A stretch of DNA of 63,576 bases, counting the filler, from Octopus bimaculoides (Eukaryota): assembly GCF_001194135.2 (NCBI RefSeq). It is 5 parts of 5 records of this genome, joined end to end, with 100 filler letters (N's around TTAATTAATTAA, not from the genome) between each part and the next. Parts side by side here need not be neighbours in the genome. Positions count along the whole stretch, not along the records: positions 1 to 18,030 come from NC_068984.1; 4 more parts are not named here. One strand, given 5' to 3'. A program made the translations under genes and the position numbers. Positions within the stretch are counted from its first letter, which is position 1. Each line of letters opens with the position of its first letter. Below, piece after piece: positions 1 to 12,594 of the stretch. The notes beneath the pieces were generated by a model. That model searched no databases. It saw nothing but the letters and a program-made list of their open reading frames with translations, and was not told the DNA's origin.

Positions 1-56
<56 letters not shown>

Positions 57-259
57 CCTTTCTATTATAGGCACAAGGCCTGAAATTTTGGCGGATGGGG
101 ATAGTCGATTACATTGGCCCCATTGTTTCACTGGTATTTAATTTATCGACCCCAAAAGGATGAAAGGCAAAGTCGACCTCGGCGGAATTTGAACTCAGAA
201 CGTAGCGGCTGACAAAATACCGCTAAGCATTTCCCCCGGTATGCTAACGATTCTGCCAG
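57..259 (-). mobile_element. tRNA-type SINE family A (CTGGCAGAATCGTTAGC head, GGTCGACTTTGCCTTTCATCC core, (ATT)n tail)
   Basis: Reverse complement matches the + copies at 6502 and 55415. Flanked by (TAA)n on both sides. Confidence 0.9.
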
Positions 260-316
260 ATAAAGATAATAATTACGATAGTAATAATGATAATAATAAT
301 AATAATAATAATAATG

Positions 317-359
<43 letters not shown>

Positions 360-390
360 TAATAATAATAATGATAACAATAATAATAAT

Positions 391-1934
391 TAGGAAAATG
401 GACATGAGGCACCAACTAAAGGGAAAATCCCAAGCAATCGACCACCGCCTCTTCATGGATGATTTGAAACTGTATGGCCAAGATGAAACTCAAGCGAATT
501 CCATGGTGGACACGGTTCACTGTTTTAGTACTGATATTAGAACGGAATTTGGACTCAAGAAGTGCGGTACAGTTCTTAACAAAGATAGAATTAAACACAT
601 TGGAACGGAAGGATACAAATACCTTGGTGTACTGGAGTTCAACGAGATAATGGAAAAGGAAATGAAAGAACATCTGAGAATGGAGTATTTCCGAAGACTG
701 AGGTTGGTGTTGCACTTAAAATTGACTGGATAGAATAAAATCCAAGCAGTTAATACGTGGGTGATAGCATCACTTTGGCATGGAGCGGGAATTATAAAAT
801 GGCAAAAGGGAGAAGTGAAGAAAATGGATTCCAAGACCAGAAAAATGTTGACAGTACACGGAGCCTTCCACCCTAAGAGTGACACCGATAGGCTGGCTGT
901 ACTTTTCCAGAAGAAAGGGTGGGAGAGATTTGATCGGTTGCCAGGACTGTATCAAAGCAGAGGAAAACGGCTTAGGGTGGTACATAAAAAATGCCGTGGA
1001 ACTACTGTTGAAACACATGAAGAAGTCCGGCGTCATCAAAACTGAAAATTGTGTAACTAAAGAAATTTTTTTACAAGAAATGAACAAAAAATAAAAAAGT
1101 AAAGAAAAAAAGCATGGCAGGAAAAGAAAACGTACGGTCAGTTTGCAAGAGATGCGAACGCGAAGATAGATACAGAAGACCGGTGGCTTTGGATGAGGAG
1201 GAGTGACCTGAAGATAGATACAGAAGCACTCATATGCGCAGCTTAAGAACAGGCGTTAAGGACCAATTATATGAATTTCAGAATAGACAACACTACCGAT
1301 AGCGACAAATGCAGAATGTATGGTGAGAAGGGTGTAACGGTATGGTACATCGTTAGCGAATTCCCGAAATTGGCGCAATGCGAATACAAAAGACGCCATG
1401 ACAATGTGTCAAGAATGATCCATTGGGAGCTCTGTGGAAATCACGGCCTACAAAGCGCAAAGATGTGGTATTAGAAAACCCCAGAAGGAGTCTGGGATGC
1501 AGTGATCCAGTGCGATCACCCGACCAGACATCGGAAACCATATATTGATGTGGTGAATAAAAAAGAAAGAACATGTATGATAGTCGACATAGCTTACCCT
1601 GGTGACAACAGGATCATTGTGAAAAAAGAAATTATAAATAGCTATGACGATTTGGAGTGGGAAATACGACGGTTGTGGTCAATGAAGAGAGTAGATGTGA
1701 TACCAAAAGTAATTGGCGCAGTTGGAAGTATCAGCACTCAACTACCAACGTGGCTGAAGAAGATTGGTGCAAGTGTGGAGGTAGAACACCTACAAAAATC
1801 AGCATTGCTTGGAACTGTAAGAATTCTTCGCAGGATTCTTGAAGTACGACCAGTAAACAAGTACCACCATAGTCTGCTGGCTGTGGACAGCTCACACTTT
1901 CCATCATACCCAGCAAAATAAGCTGTGTGTTTTC

Positions 1935-1937
<3 letters not shown>
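391..1937 (+). mobile_element. 5'-truncated R4/Dong-type non-LTR retrotransposon (RT C-terminus, CCHC knuckle, RLE endonuclease), inactivated
   Basis: Motifs HRLFMDDLKLY, GYKYLGVLE, CRMYGEKGVTVWYIVSE, RHRKPYIDVVNKKERTCMIVDIAYPGD, VIGAVG. Contains stops and frameshifts. (TAA)n on both flanks. Confidence 0.9.
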
Positions 1938-1967
<30 letters not shown>

Positions 1968-1968
<1 letters not shown>

Positions 1969-2095
1969 TTCTACTATAGGCACAAGACCTGAAATTTTGG
2001 GGGAGGAGTAAGTTGATAGCATCGACCCCAGTACTCGACTGGTACTTATTTTATCGATCCCAAACAGATGAGAAGTAAAGTCTACTGCGCTCGGT
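1968..2095 (-). mobile_element. SINE family A, 3' half
   Basis: ttctactataggcacaagacctgaaattttggggg...atcgaccccagtac matches the family A tail in reverse. Confidence 0.85.
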
Positions 2096-2129
2096 AGTGA
2101 AGTGAACGCACGTTATAAAAATAAAACTA

Positions 2130-2189
<60 letters not shown>

Positions 2190-2192
<3 letters not shown>

Positions 2193-2785
2193 CTTTTCTT
2201 TATTGGCCACAAGGGCCGAACACAAGGTCCGAACAAAAAAGACAATACACGAAAGCGACAAGTGGGGCTTGACACAAATATACGTGTATACAATAAAAAA
2301 ACAATTAACCATTAGCAACAAAATTTAGACAGTAAAACTCCCCCTAAGTGGGGGGGAGTTCCACCAGCCAGTCAAAGAAACCCTCACATCCTGGCCAACC
2401 CGAATACTTCAGGTTGGCACCTCTTCCATCCTTAACCTCTCCGGCCTATAGACCTATGTTCAGAACAGGCCCATTTACATGGGCCACCCTCGATACATTC
2501 ACCCACCTTTCAATAAAAATACTGGGGAGCAGCACTTCCCTCTCCACTCATACTTTCCTTCTCAAGTGGAACTTATAAAAGTCGATGAGGGCTTGGCCGA
2601 AGAAGAAAGTGTCTGTCTTCAGTCCTTCCAACTTCGTCCACCACACTTCCTCTTACGCCATAGTCACAAGACATGAAAACTGCCTGCCCTTCACGGCCAA
2701 AAGAAGGCGGTGGGGCGATCCTCATGATGGACTTGGCTGATAATCGGATTCGTCCTATACGCACCAACAGCTGTCCTTTCAGGGT
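2190..2785 (-). mobile_element. Tx1/L1-type LINE 3' fragment with (ATT)n tail
   Basis: Minus frame reads approximately CLVTMA*EEVWWTKLEGLKTDTFFFGQALIDFYKFHLRRKV..ERWVNV, resembling Tx1-clade ORF2 C-termini. The 3'UTR has a 9-bp GC hairpin (2336-2360) and ends in ATT repeats. Confidence 0.7.
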
Positions 2786-2829
2786 CGATAAAATAAGCAC
2801 TCTCATTAAATCTACATTCTGGTGGCACT

Positions 2830-4620
2830 CTTACAATAAGTCATGAATTATTACTTTCTAGGTGTTTCTGTGGAGCTATCGGTGTAACTGCACTTGGCGC
2901 TTTCTTTCCTTTCTTTTTTCTTTCTTTCACAAAGTATCCTGCTTTGGTATGCTTTCTTCTCTTGACGTTCAACATACTTGTTCTATTACGGCATGTTCTT
3001 CATTCTGTTTGCAAGGTTTTGGTTCACTATCCTTTGTTCTTCATTCGCATTATCAGAAATTTTAGTAGGTCCGCTTCTTCCAATCTTCCGTTTCGTGTAT
3101 AAACTACTGACATTTGCTTTCGGATGAAGTACTTTATGCATTGTTAAAGTTTTTCTTGATTTTCTGTCCAATGTCTCAATTTGATCTTTCGTCCAGTTCC
3201 CTATTCCACCACTGTGACACATGATGGCAATCATCGATGCATGTGGTGATCACATTTATCCGATCATTTGACTTAAGATTGAACTTTAACACAAGCAATA
3301 ACTTTTTAAAATATATAGGTTTTACTTTTCCCTTAATTTTCTGATGCATAATATCATTGAGTCCCTGTATTCGTAGATATTTGTGTCCTCTGCCATCAAG
3401 TTCTAAAATCCATTCTTTCGATATATTTATTTCACTGAAACAAGCTCTCTCATCTTTCTTCATAGCTAAAGTCACACATTTTGATATACAAAGCTACATT
3501 CCACTATTACTTCATTCCAATATCATTTCATTACAATATTACTTCAATATAATATTGTATCAATAAGTGAATGAATTTCTATTTGGAACTATCATTGAAC
3601 CATTCACAAAGTATTGGAATTGATGATTCAGAGATGCATTTCTTTCTAGATTGTAACCCATGTTGACTTTTCTAAGTGTCATTGAAATGGGTAATATCGG
3701 GATAACAATTTACAGGAAGAAAGAGTCACCCTGAGAGACACCTCTTTTGATATTTACATTTCTTGGTGACTTCATGTTCTTCGTCAAAATCGATTTCGAG
3801 CGCATCATTCAGCACCAAGTATGTTGATGAGGTTTTTCTAAGTGACTTTATAATCCATGAATGACATACCACGTGGTAAAGTTTTTGAAATTAACCCACG
3901 CCTTATATAGATTAATCTGTCGTCGTTTGCACTTCTTCAATAACCTTTTGTCAATAACAACGTGGTTTTTGATGCCTTTTGAGCGTTTCCTGCATCCCTT
4001 CTGATTAATAAGTAGTTATTTATATACATTAAATGATTGTATGTTTTTCGGAAAAAAATGCTTGTAAATAATTTCAATAACAGACTGGGACAGGTGACTG
4101 GTCTGTAACTTTTTCCTTCCTTGGATATTTCATTATCAAATTTGTTCTTCCTCTAGCCATCCACTCCGGTACATTTCCTTGTATAATACATTAATTCAGA
4201 TGATTCCTGATTTGGCTTTGCAAGAAATTCAAGCATTTTCTCAAAAAGCTTTGAATATTATCTGGTCCTGGTGACTTTACAATTTGATAGTATCTTTACC
4301 TACTGCAGAACACTGTCCCTTACTATAGAGATCGGTTCTTGTCTCTCTGCTCTGCTTAGTTCCGCTATAACCGTTTTGATCTATTCGACATTGTCAGGCT
4401 CTCCAATTCCTGTGGAAGATTATAAAGGTTCCCTATATTTGATGTCAATATTTCTATTGTACCTCCTCGAATGTCAGAAAAAAAACTGTCTGATTAGAAC
4501 CAAAAAGTTTATTACACTCAAATTGACTTACTATCTCAGTGTGATACATGATTTTGATTGGTTTTGTATATACTCTTTGCTTGGTCTGCTCACTAGTAAA
4601 TTTTTTCTTATGTATGTTAT
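2830..4620 (-). mobile_element. Old R4/Dong-type LINE fragment, RT domain
   Basis: Degenerate KSYRPVTCP, KGCRKRSKGIKNHVVIDK, AWVNFK, NIKRGVSQGDS, GNWTKDQIETLDRKSRKTLTMHKVLHPK. Confidence 0.85.
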
Positions 4621-4639
4621 ACTTCAGTTTATTATAGCT

Positions 4640-5790
4640 ATTGTATGCTGTATTATTTAGCAGGGAGGTTGTTTTGATGTTTGGTGACAAGTATCCTTAA
4701 ATTCCAAGAGTCGTTCTTAGGATTCTTGTAGAATACTGGATTGCACTTTTCTGCAGACCGGCCATGCAAATCTCAATTCCATTATCTTTCAGTCTCCAAG
4801 TTAGCATTTTAGATGTTGTGTCAAGTGCACCAATTACCACAAGAATAACTGTCGTCTAGTCTTTCACTATCTCTTCATCCCAGTTTCTTTGGTACCTACC
4901 TTGTTATTGTATGCTATTGCAAAGTCTATGATTACACTGTTTATTTTGTCCTCTCTCATATCTGCTCTTCTTGTTTCAATGGTATAGTCCTTCTTTATGG
5001 GTAAGTTCTATAAGATCTTGTAATTCCTATTCTCTGACGCAACCTTTGGTTCGTGTTTATACAAACTCCCTGGTATTTCAAAGCCACACACGGCAAACTT
5101 CTCAACACATTCTTTTACATACACTGTCAAACCTGTATTTATACTCGTTTTGTGCTAGCTTATTGCATTCACTCAAGAGTTGGTTAATACTTTCGTTTCC
5201 TTTCCTGCAAAATTCTGCTTTTGCTCTTTGACTGAGTTTTGTTGATCTCTTCCTTTATCAGATTCGTGATAATGGTTTGTTCCTGAGCGGCTATAATTGA
5301 TACTTCGGTTTCTCGTTTCAGGTTTCTATCTGTCAACTATAACCAACGTTCCTTACATCCAACATTCTCAGTTTCTTGCATGAATTGGTCTTGTAATTCC
5401 ATTTCTTTGCATCTGCTTGCTCTGTTGGCCTTCCTTCTATTCTTGAATTATTCTACTGTTCAGTAACATTTTGGACGCCTCTAGCCGCCCATAGTATTCT
5501 TTCTCCACTACGTACAGCATAATATTTAAACTCCAATATCACAGTATCAGTGGTGTCTTCTGCTTTAAGAAATCATCTGTTTCCTTACTTTCTTGGTAAA
5601 TAGAGTCTATGGACATACTTTTAGGCTGGCATGCATTGTGCATTGTGAGCAGCTTCAACCCAAGTTATATAGCTTGACTTTTGTCCATTTCAAAAAGGGA
5701 GCAAAGCGTCTTAACCCTAGCATAGTTCATGAATTTATTGCTATAATAATATTTCTTCCATTTAATATTGTTTGAATGATCATTCATATT
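4640..5790 (-). mobile_element. Old R4/Dong-type LINE 3' fragment (thumb, CCHC remnant, RLE, stop, 3'UTR)
   Basis: Degenerate LKRETEVSIIAAQEQ, SECNKLAQNEYK, VIIDFAIAY, VVIGALDTT, LQKSAIQYSTRILRTTLGI*. Confidence 0.85.
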
Positions 5791-6501
5791 TTCAACACCT
5801 TTTTACACATCTCTCAGGAAATACGTAGGCAGGACCCGATAAAATGACTACTAATATTATTCCAGGATCATTTATATTGACTATATTCCCCTACCACTCA
5901 GTAGCTATAGAATTAAGATTTAGTCTTGTAATTTATTACATAACGTTTCCTCTTTATTGGTGGCAAAAATAATAGAAAACTGGATTAGATGAATCATTGT
6001 ATTTAGTGTCGATTCTCCAACATCACTTATAGAGTTCAACTTCAACTAGGCTCAACTTAATATTTTCCTTCTTGCTCGTCATTGATCAAATAAATATTAG
6101 ATTTTATTTGTAACAGAATTCAGTCAACCACACTTCTCGTCTCTAAATCATTCACTTGTACTAATGTAAAAATTAACATTTAATCAACTGAAAAGTCTAA
6201 AACATTTTTTTCATTAAAGTCTGAATGGTAATTATATCTAATCTAGAGTGTTATCCATCCTATAACGGGTAAATTTGGAAGTATACTTTCTTTTGTCACC
6301 ATGGGTAATATCATGAATTATGGCTTACATAAAACAATAACTCAACTTTTATCAATTTTTTTTGGTGTTATATACAAAATAATAAAATGAATACCAATTT
6401 TTAAAAGAAAAATATTTATTACCTTAAAATATAATTGAATAAAACAAAATTCTCATTTGTATATTTGCAATAAATATATGTTATTATTTTTTAAAGTTTT
6501 A

Positions 6502-6722
6502 AGGTAACGAGCTGGTAGAGTCGTTAGCACGCTGGGCAAAAATGCTTAGCGGCATTTTGTTCGTCTTCGTGTTCTGAGTTAAAATTCCGTTGAGGTCGAC
6601 TTTGCCTTTCATCCGTTTGAAGTCGATGAAATAAGTACCAGTTGAGCAATGGGGTCGATGTAATCGACTTATCCCCTACTTCGAAATTTCTAGCCTTGTT
6701 CCAGCATTTGAAATTATTATTT
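6502..6722 (+). mobile_element. SINE family A, full length
   Basis: gagctggtagagtcgttagcacgctggg head, gtcgactttgcctttcatcc core, attattatt tail. Confidence 0.9.
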
Positions 6723-7454
6723 TTCTAAATTTTATCAACATAATCGCAGTCTGCTCAATCAAAAACCTATCACTGCAAAATTTCATTAAAAACGAGGAGT
6801 TTTCAGAGAGTTATAAGACATTCATTCTGCTCCTCTTATGTACACTCTCTCTGTATCTCCCTGTTAATCTCTCTGCCCTTCTCCCAATACGATGTAAAGT
6901 GTGACTGGAAGAACCAACCAACCAACCAGCCAACCAACATTTATATCGGCTATTATTATTGAGAGTTAATAATGCTGTTAGGAATTTCTGAACTTCATTT
7001 TCACTTTCGTTGTTTCTCAGTAGATTTTATCACAGGTCGAAAAAAAAAAAAAGAGAACCTTACCTAACCATTATGGATGAATGGTTGCCCTAACAACAGC
7101 TTAATTTAACAAATCAGCTGGTATCCCTCGTCCTTCCCTCGGCCATCTCGCCTCATGATTCATTGGTTTAGTCACTAAATTGTAATTATTGGAGCCGGAG
7201 GGCAGATATTAGCAGATTAAGAGGTATATAAGAAAATCTAACTTCCCTACTTAAATAAAAGCGAAAAGAGAAAAAAAAAAACGACCTTCCGAAACGAAAT
7301 CGCACGCACAGCCATACACACATATACATACATATGTATTTAAACACATTTAAATATACATATATTGTTAAATACACATGTACATGCATGCATTCACAAC
7401 AAATTGGCCGCTATCTAGCGTAACTCCTTTCATTTTCACTTTCACACTTCGCTC

Positions 7455-7529
<75 letters not shown>

Positions 7530-7813
7530 GTTTGTCACTCTCTCTCGCTCCCTTCTCTCTTTCTTTCTCTCTCTGCACACACATATATATTATATATATG
7601 TATGCATATGCATATAAGTGTGTGCGTTTAGTGTATAAATACGCATGTATGTATCGATATACACACATATACATATGTATGCATACATATATGTATACAT
7701 ACACTTATACATATACATGTGTATACACATATGTATGTATAAGTGTACAATTCGATTTATACAAGCGCATATATACGAATCAACATGAATATATGAATAC
7801 GTACATATATATG

Positions 7814-7895
<82 letters not shown>
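7455..7895. repeat. (CTTT)n and (TA)n microsatellites
   Basis: Seen directly. Confidence 0.97.
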
Positions 7896-7898
<3 letters not shown>

Positions 7899-8718
7899 AC
7901 ATACATATGTGTATGTCAAGTATGTAAACATATGAATGACTATATACATATATGTAAACGTGTATTTGCACGTATGTGTACATACTTGCGTTTATTTAAA
8001 TGTATATGTACATGCGTGTATGTATGTGTGTGAGAGAAATGGAATGCATGAGAGAGAGAGAGAGGGAGAGAGAAAGAAAGAGAGGGACAGAGAGAGAAAG
8101 AGATAGAGACCTTAGTATGGAAGAAACTAACACATTGTTGTGCAATAGAATTACTCTAACTCGAAGCCAGGTCCCCAAAGGCTGTTTATGGTCAGAAACC
8201 GTAATGAACCTCTTCGTACTTTTAATTCCAGGTTCAGAATGAAGTTTTACTTTTTCCTATCATTAATACAGTATTTTTGTATCATTCCAATGAAATGTCA
8301 TTTTCCTTCTCTTATACTTTTTTTCCCATCTAGTAGCACACATTATTGTTTTAGTATAGAAGTAGAGAATGATGGTTCGAATCCGGTCCAAATCTAGTAT
8401 TTTGTATTGTACTTCTGATTAAGGTTCTTCTTACCCCATCATATCTATTAATCTAATTTGCAAAGTATAGACCAGGTGTTGACTACCGTTTTCGAGAAGC
8501 GGGCCGCATGAAACATGATTCATCATCAGGCATGTTGCACTACAAAAAGCGAAAAGAAATTAAAATTTGTTGGGCGTTTCATTCAGAAAGTCCTTTGAGA
8601 TGCAGTTTGACCTTGACTTTTAAATGATGCTCCAAGTCTGGTTAAAGTTATTTAACTTATGGATTGTTGTTTGTTCTTTCCATCGTATGTAGATGTACGT
8701 TTCGATGTCTTTATATAT

Positions 8719-8937
8719 TCTTTTCTACTCTAGGCACAAAGCCCGAAATTTATGGGTAGGGAGCCAGTCGATTAGATCGACCCCAGTACGCAACTGGTAC
8801 TTAATTTATCGACCCCGAAAGAATGAAAGGCAAAGTCGAACTCGACGGAATTTGAATTCAGAACGTAAAGACAGCGACGAAATACTGCTAAGCATTTCGC
8901 CCAGTGTGTTAACGTTTCTGCCAGCTCGCTGCCTTGA
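8719..8937 (-). mobile_element. SINE family A, full length
   Basis: Near-complete reverse complement of the 55415 copy. Confidence 0.9.
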
Positions 8938-8967
8938 TGTCTTTAAATGTTATCGGTACAGATTGTG

Positions 8968-9352
8968 TGTGTGTTGGCACTCCGTCGCTTACGATGTCGA
9001 GGGTTCCAGTCGATCCGATCAACGGAACAGCCTGCTCGTGAAATTAACGTGCAAGTGGCTAGCAATCCACAGACACGTGTATCCTTAACGTAGTTCTCGG
9101 GGATATTCAGCGTGACACAGTGTGACAAGGCTGGCCCTTTGAAATACAGGTACAACAGAAACAGGAAGAAAGTGTGAGAGAAAGTTGTGGTGGAAGAGTA
9201 CAGCAGGGTTCGCCACCATCCCCTGCCGGAGCCTCGTGGAGCTTTAGGTGTTTTCGCTCAATAAACACTCACAACGCCCGGTCTGGGAATCGAAACCGCG
9301 ATCCTATGACCGCGAGTCCGCTGCCCTAACCACTGGGTCATTGTGCCTCCAC
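8968..9352 (-). mobile_element. SINE family B with tRNA-like head (similar to the octopod tRNA-Arg-derived OR families)
   Basis: Reverse complement starts GGAGGCACAATGACCCAGTGGTTAGGGCAGCGGAC...GGTTTCGATTCCC (A and B boxes). Related copies at 30975, 57345 and 16295. Confidence 0.85.
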
Positions 9353-9479
9353 CGGTACAGATTATGGACAGTTATATTTATGCTATTACTCATACGGCTA
9401 CCGTAGTCTTGGATTATATTGTTGCTGGAGACTGGAGGCCGTGAATTTGAGCTTAAGATAATACTGGTTTGACGAGCCT

Positions 9480-9822
9480 ACTCTGCCAAACTGGTTCAAC
9501 ATGACTTGGCAGAGGGATGTAGTTTTTTTTTATTCTCTTACCCAGTAGTGGCAACAAGTTTAACGGACATTGTATGAAAAACAAAAATTCCAAAATGGTC
9601 TTTCGCAGGACATGTGTCTAGATAATAATTGAGAGAGTGGACATCACGTCCAGAAAAAAGAAAGAGGGCAAGACCAAGCTGAAGTTGGAATGAAGACTTT
9701 GTTAATTCTTCGGCACTCAAACATGGATGAGGAAAACATCAGACCGTGGATGGTGGAGAGGAAATACTGAGGCCTTCGCTCAGCGATGGACTGAACCTGG
9801 GCAAGGATGATGATGACGACAT
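9480..9822 (+). mobile_element. RTE-clade LINE 3' fragment
   Basis: KWSFAGHVSR, KRKRARP.W, TEAFAQRWTE followed by a (GAT)n tail. Confidence 0.75.
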
Positions 9823-10399
9823 TTAAGCTCGTGAAGATTTCCAAAAGTGTCTATAAAATAGACGTATACAGAAAATGGAAAATGAAATAGAGAATGATAC
9901 AGAAATACTTTCGCTCATAACCTCGTTTCTGAGTGATTACATAATTAATAGGTATTTATGTATAACCCAGCATATACAAAAAAATGATAAAACTAAAATG
10001 AATATAAAGTAATTGTCTTTGGCAGCTTTTTAATTCTCTATCCAAAGGGGTTTTTGACCCAATAATTTATACGCCATTGTTTATTGCCTTATCGTTTGCT
10101 TCGAAATCCACTGCTTGAAAAAAGAATGATTTCAAGTTCTCTCAAATATCAAATTTGAAGCAGTACAACTTCAGCCTTTGTTAGGTAACTTTAAACATTT
10201 GTTTATTCTCTTCACACACTGAAGAATAAAGGAGATTGCCCTGACACTTTACATCGCTAGTTGCTCGCTCATCACAGGACAAGCAAACCCTTTATAATTT
10301 TGCTAACAGCGAGAATTACAAGCCAGCTGGTATTTTAGCAGTAACGGTAAGAGTTATTTGCATATTATGTGATCTTAGCAACATAATCTCTCTCTCTCA

Positions 10400-10400
10400 C

Positions 10401-10455
<55 letters not shown>

Positions 10456-10456
10456 G

Positions 10457-10510
<54 letters not shown>
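10400..10510. repeat. (TATC)n microsatellite (also at 17323-17460 and 59408-59577)
   Basis: Seen directly. Confidence 0.97.
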
Positions 10511-10511
<1 letters not shown>

Positions 10512-10719
10512 GAGAGGTCTTGGTATCCAGAAGACCCAAAAGGCAGGTAAGGCTATGTAAGGTATACAGAAGGACCGCTGTTAGACTCCTGTTAGACCAC
10601 TGTTACACTTAGACCAGCTAAAAACAAGATCCAACTCTTAAAATTACACCTATCATCTTAAAATATCTGGAAGGTGCCACATTCAATAATGGTTTCTGAT
10701 GTAGGTACAGCGCCATCAG

Positions 10720-10905
10720 TTTTCGAGGGGAGTGATTAAGTCGATATCACCGATCCCAGTCCTTAAATGGTTGTTTATTTTGCCGAACCCGAAAGGGTCA
10801 AAGTCCAAGTTGAACTCGATGGGATTCAAACTCAACGTAAAGAACTAGAACAAATAACGCAAAGAGTTTTTCCGACGTTCAACCAATTCCGCCAGTTCTT
10901 CGCCA
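10720..10905 (-). mobile_element. Diverged SINE family A copy
   Basis: cgaacccgaaagggtcaaagtccaagttgaactcgatgggattcaaactc is a decayed family A core. Confidence 0.6.
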
Positions 10906-10919
10906 AGAAAACATTAGAG

Positions 10920-11000
10920 CAGTGTTTCCCAACCTATTTTCCTTCAGGCCCCACTATTACTTTCCAGAAAAATGAATGCCCCACCGGTGGTTTGAAAAAA
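10920..11000. mobile_element. hAT-type MITE terminal fragment
   Basis: Begins cagtgtttcccaacc, a typical Charlie-like terminus. Confidence 0.5.
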
Positions 11001-11284
11001 AAACAAACTTTATTTTTAATATTTTACCATAATTATTTAATACAAAAAAAAAAATCTACCAGTAACTCTTTTATTAAGTACTGAGTACAAAAATGTACAT
11101 TATTGACTGAGAAAAAAAAAACTGAATCATTTTAGTGAGAACCTTGTGTCTGGCGACTACAGCAGATTTCGTTGATTCGAGGAGAAAATTTTTGTTAGCA
11201 TCAGCCGTAGCATTAGAATAGCGTATACTGTAGCAAACAGTCTTCACACGGTATGCCTGGTTGGTGGGATTGGTTTGGCCAGGC

Positions 11285-11626
11285 CAGGGGTTCTCAACCA
11301 TTTTTTATACAAGGACCCCTCCGATTATTATTTTATTCTGGTGAACTTCCATTACCATTTGATGTTTAAAAACTAATTTTATAGGATTTTCTCCGAAAAT
11401 TCCCTTTTTTTTTCAGACGTTAGCTTGTGTAGGTTGAACTGTGTAAAATGTTAGTGAAAGAAACGTAGCTGTTTCTTGCAATACTCAACAATACACATAT
11501 CCAAACCAAAATCTTTTCAGAGGTCATTAAAATACTATAGATCCTCAATTTACTATTTTGTTGCATGGACCCCAAAAGTTTTATATAGACCCCCAGGGGC
11601 CATTTAGACGCCGGTGAGAGCCACTG
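11285..11626. mobile_element. hAT (Charlie-like) MITE
   Basis: Imperfect TIRs caggggttctcaacc / ccggtgagagccactg. The 8-bp flanks ggccaggc and cgctaggc match 6/8. Confidence 0.7.
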
Positions 11627-12489
11627 CGCTAGGCTGAGTATAGTTGTAGTAAGTTTGCTGTGAAAAAATGATTTTCACAATTCCATGTCTCACAAAAAAA
11701 AAAAAAAAAATTTGGATCCCACGCCCCACCACCGATGGGGCGTTCGCCCCATTTTGAGATCCATTGCATTAGAGAATGTCATGCTCAACCTTTGTCTTAG
11801 CTCTCCTCCTCTCCCTCTCTCCCTCTCTCCCTGCTCTAATAATCTGAACACTGAAGTCAATGTTGCTAACACTGTACTGTATCCTTTGCACCCATTTTTT
11901 TTCAACGCGAACTTGGGTCCAGCAACGTTGGATATCAGCTAAAAATGTCAAAGACTGGGATGAAGTCTGGAATCCATAATCTTGGTTAATGCTGCTAAGC
12001 ATTCCTTCCAGCGTGCCAACGATCTTATCAGCGCCCCACCGTAATAATGGTCGCGAATTTTGGAACAAAGACAACAATTTCGTAGGAGGGAGATAGTCGA
12101 TTAGATCGACCTCAGTGCTGACTGATACTTATTTTATCGACCTCGAAAGGATGAAAATTAGTGATTTATCCTAGTTACTGTCATCCTGAGCCTACTGAAC
12201 CCGCTGTGCGTGCTGTGCCTGCTGTACCTGGGACTCCTCGTGTAAGGTAGAGTAGCCACTACCCACTCATTAATCTAGTCATTCTAGATTCTTTTTGCAT
12301 TTCAAAATACAAGATAGTCACGGCTGGAAATCCCTTAGATCATAGATCCTGCTGAATAAAGTTTGAGTGACTTGGAGTGGATGGGAATTAAGCTACAGCA
12401 ACTAATATACACAGTCACTAATACATATATTTTTTAGTCACTAATATATATTTTTTTATTGCAAAGAAAGCTTCAACTCAGTCATGGAC

Positions 12490-12594
12490 AACTAGCGGTC
12501 CGCAGGACTTTCTGAATAGCAGTGCCGGCCCGCCTAATGACAAGTTATATCTCATGCGGCCCGCTTCTTGAAAAAAAAGGTTTGCCCGTGCCTG
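12490..12594. mobile_element. hAT-type MITE right end
   Basis: gcggcccgc motifs and terminal ggtttgcccgtgcctg. Confidence 0.5.

Noticed and set aside
8470-8535. Minus-strand CUGAUGA...GAAAAC...GUC
   Set aside because: No helix I or II; the context (atgcggcccgc) looks like a hAT MITE piece.
9290-9352. tRNA genes
   Set aside because: All tRNA-like sequences are SINE heads continuing into SINE bodies; none forms a complete cloverleaf.
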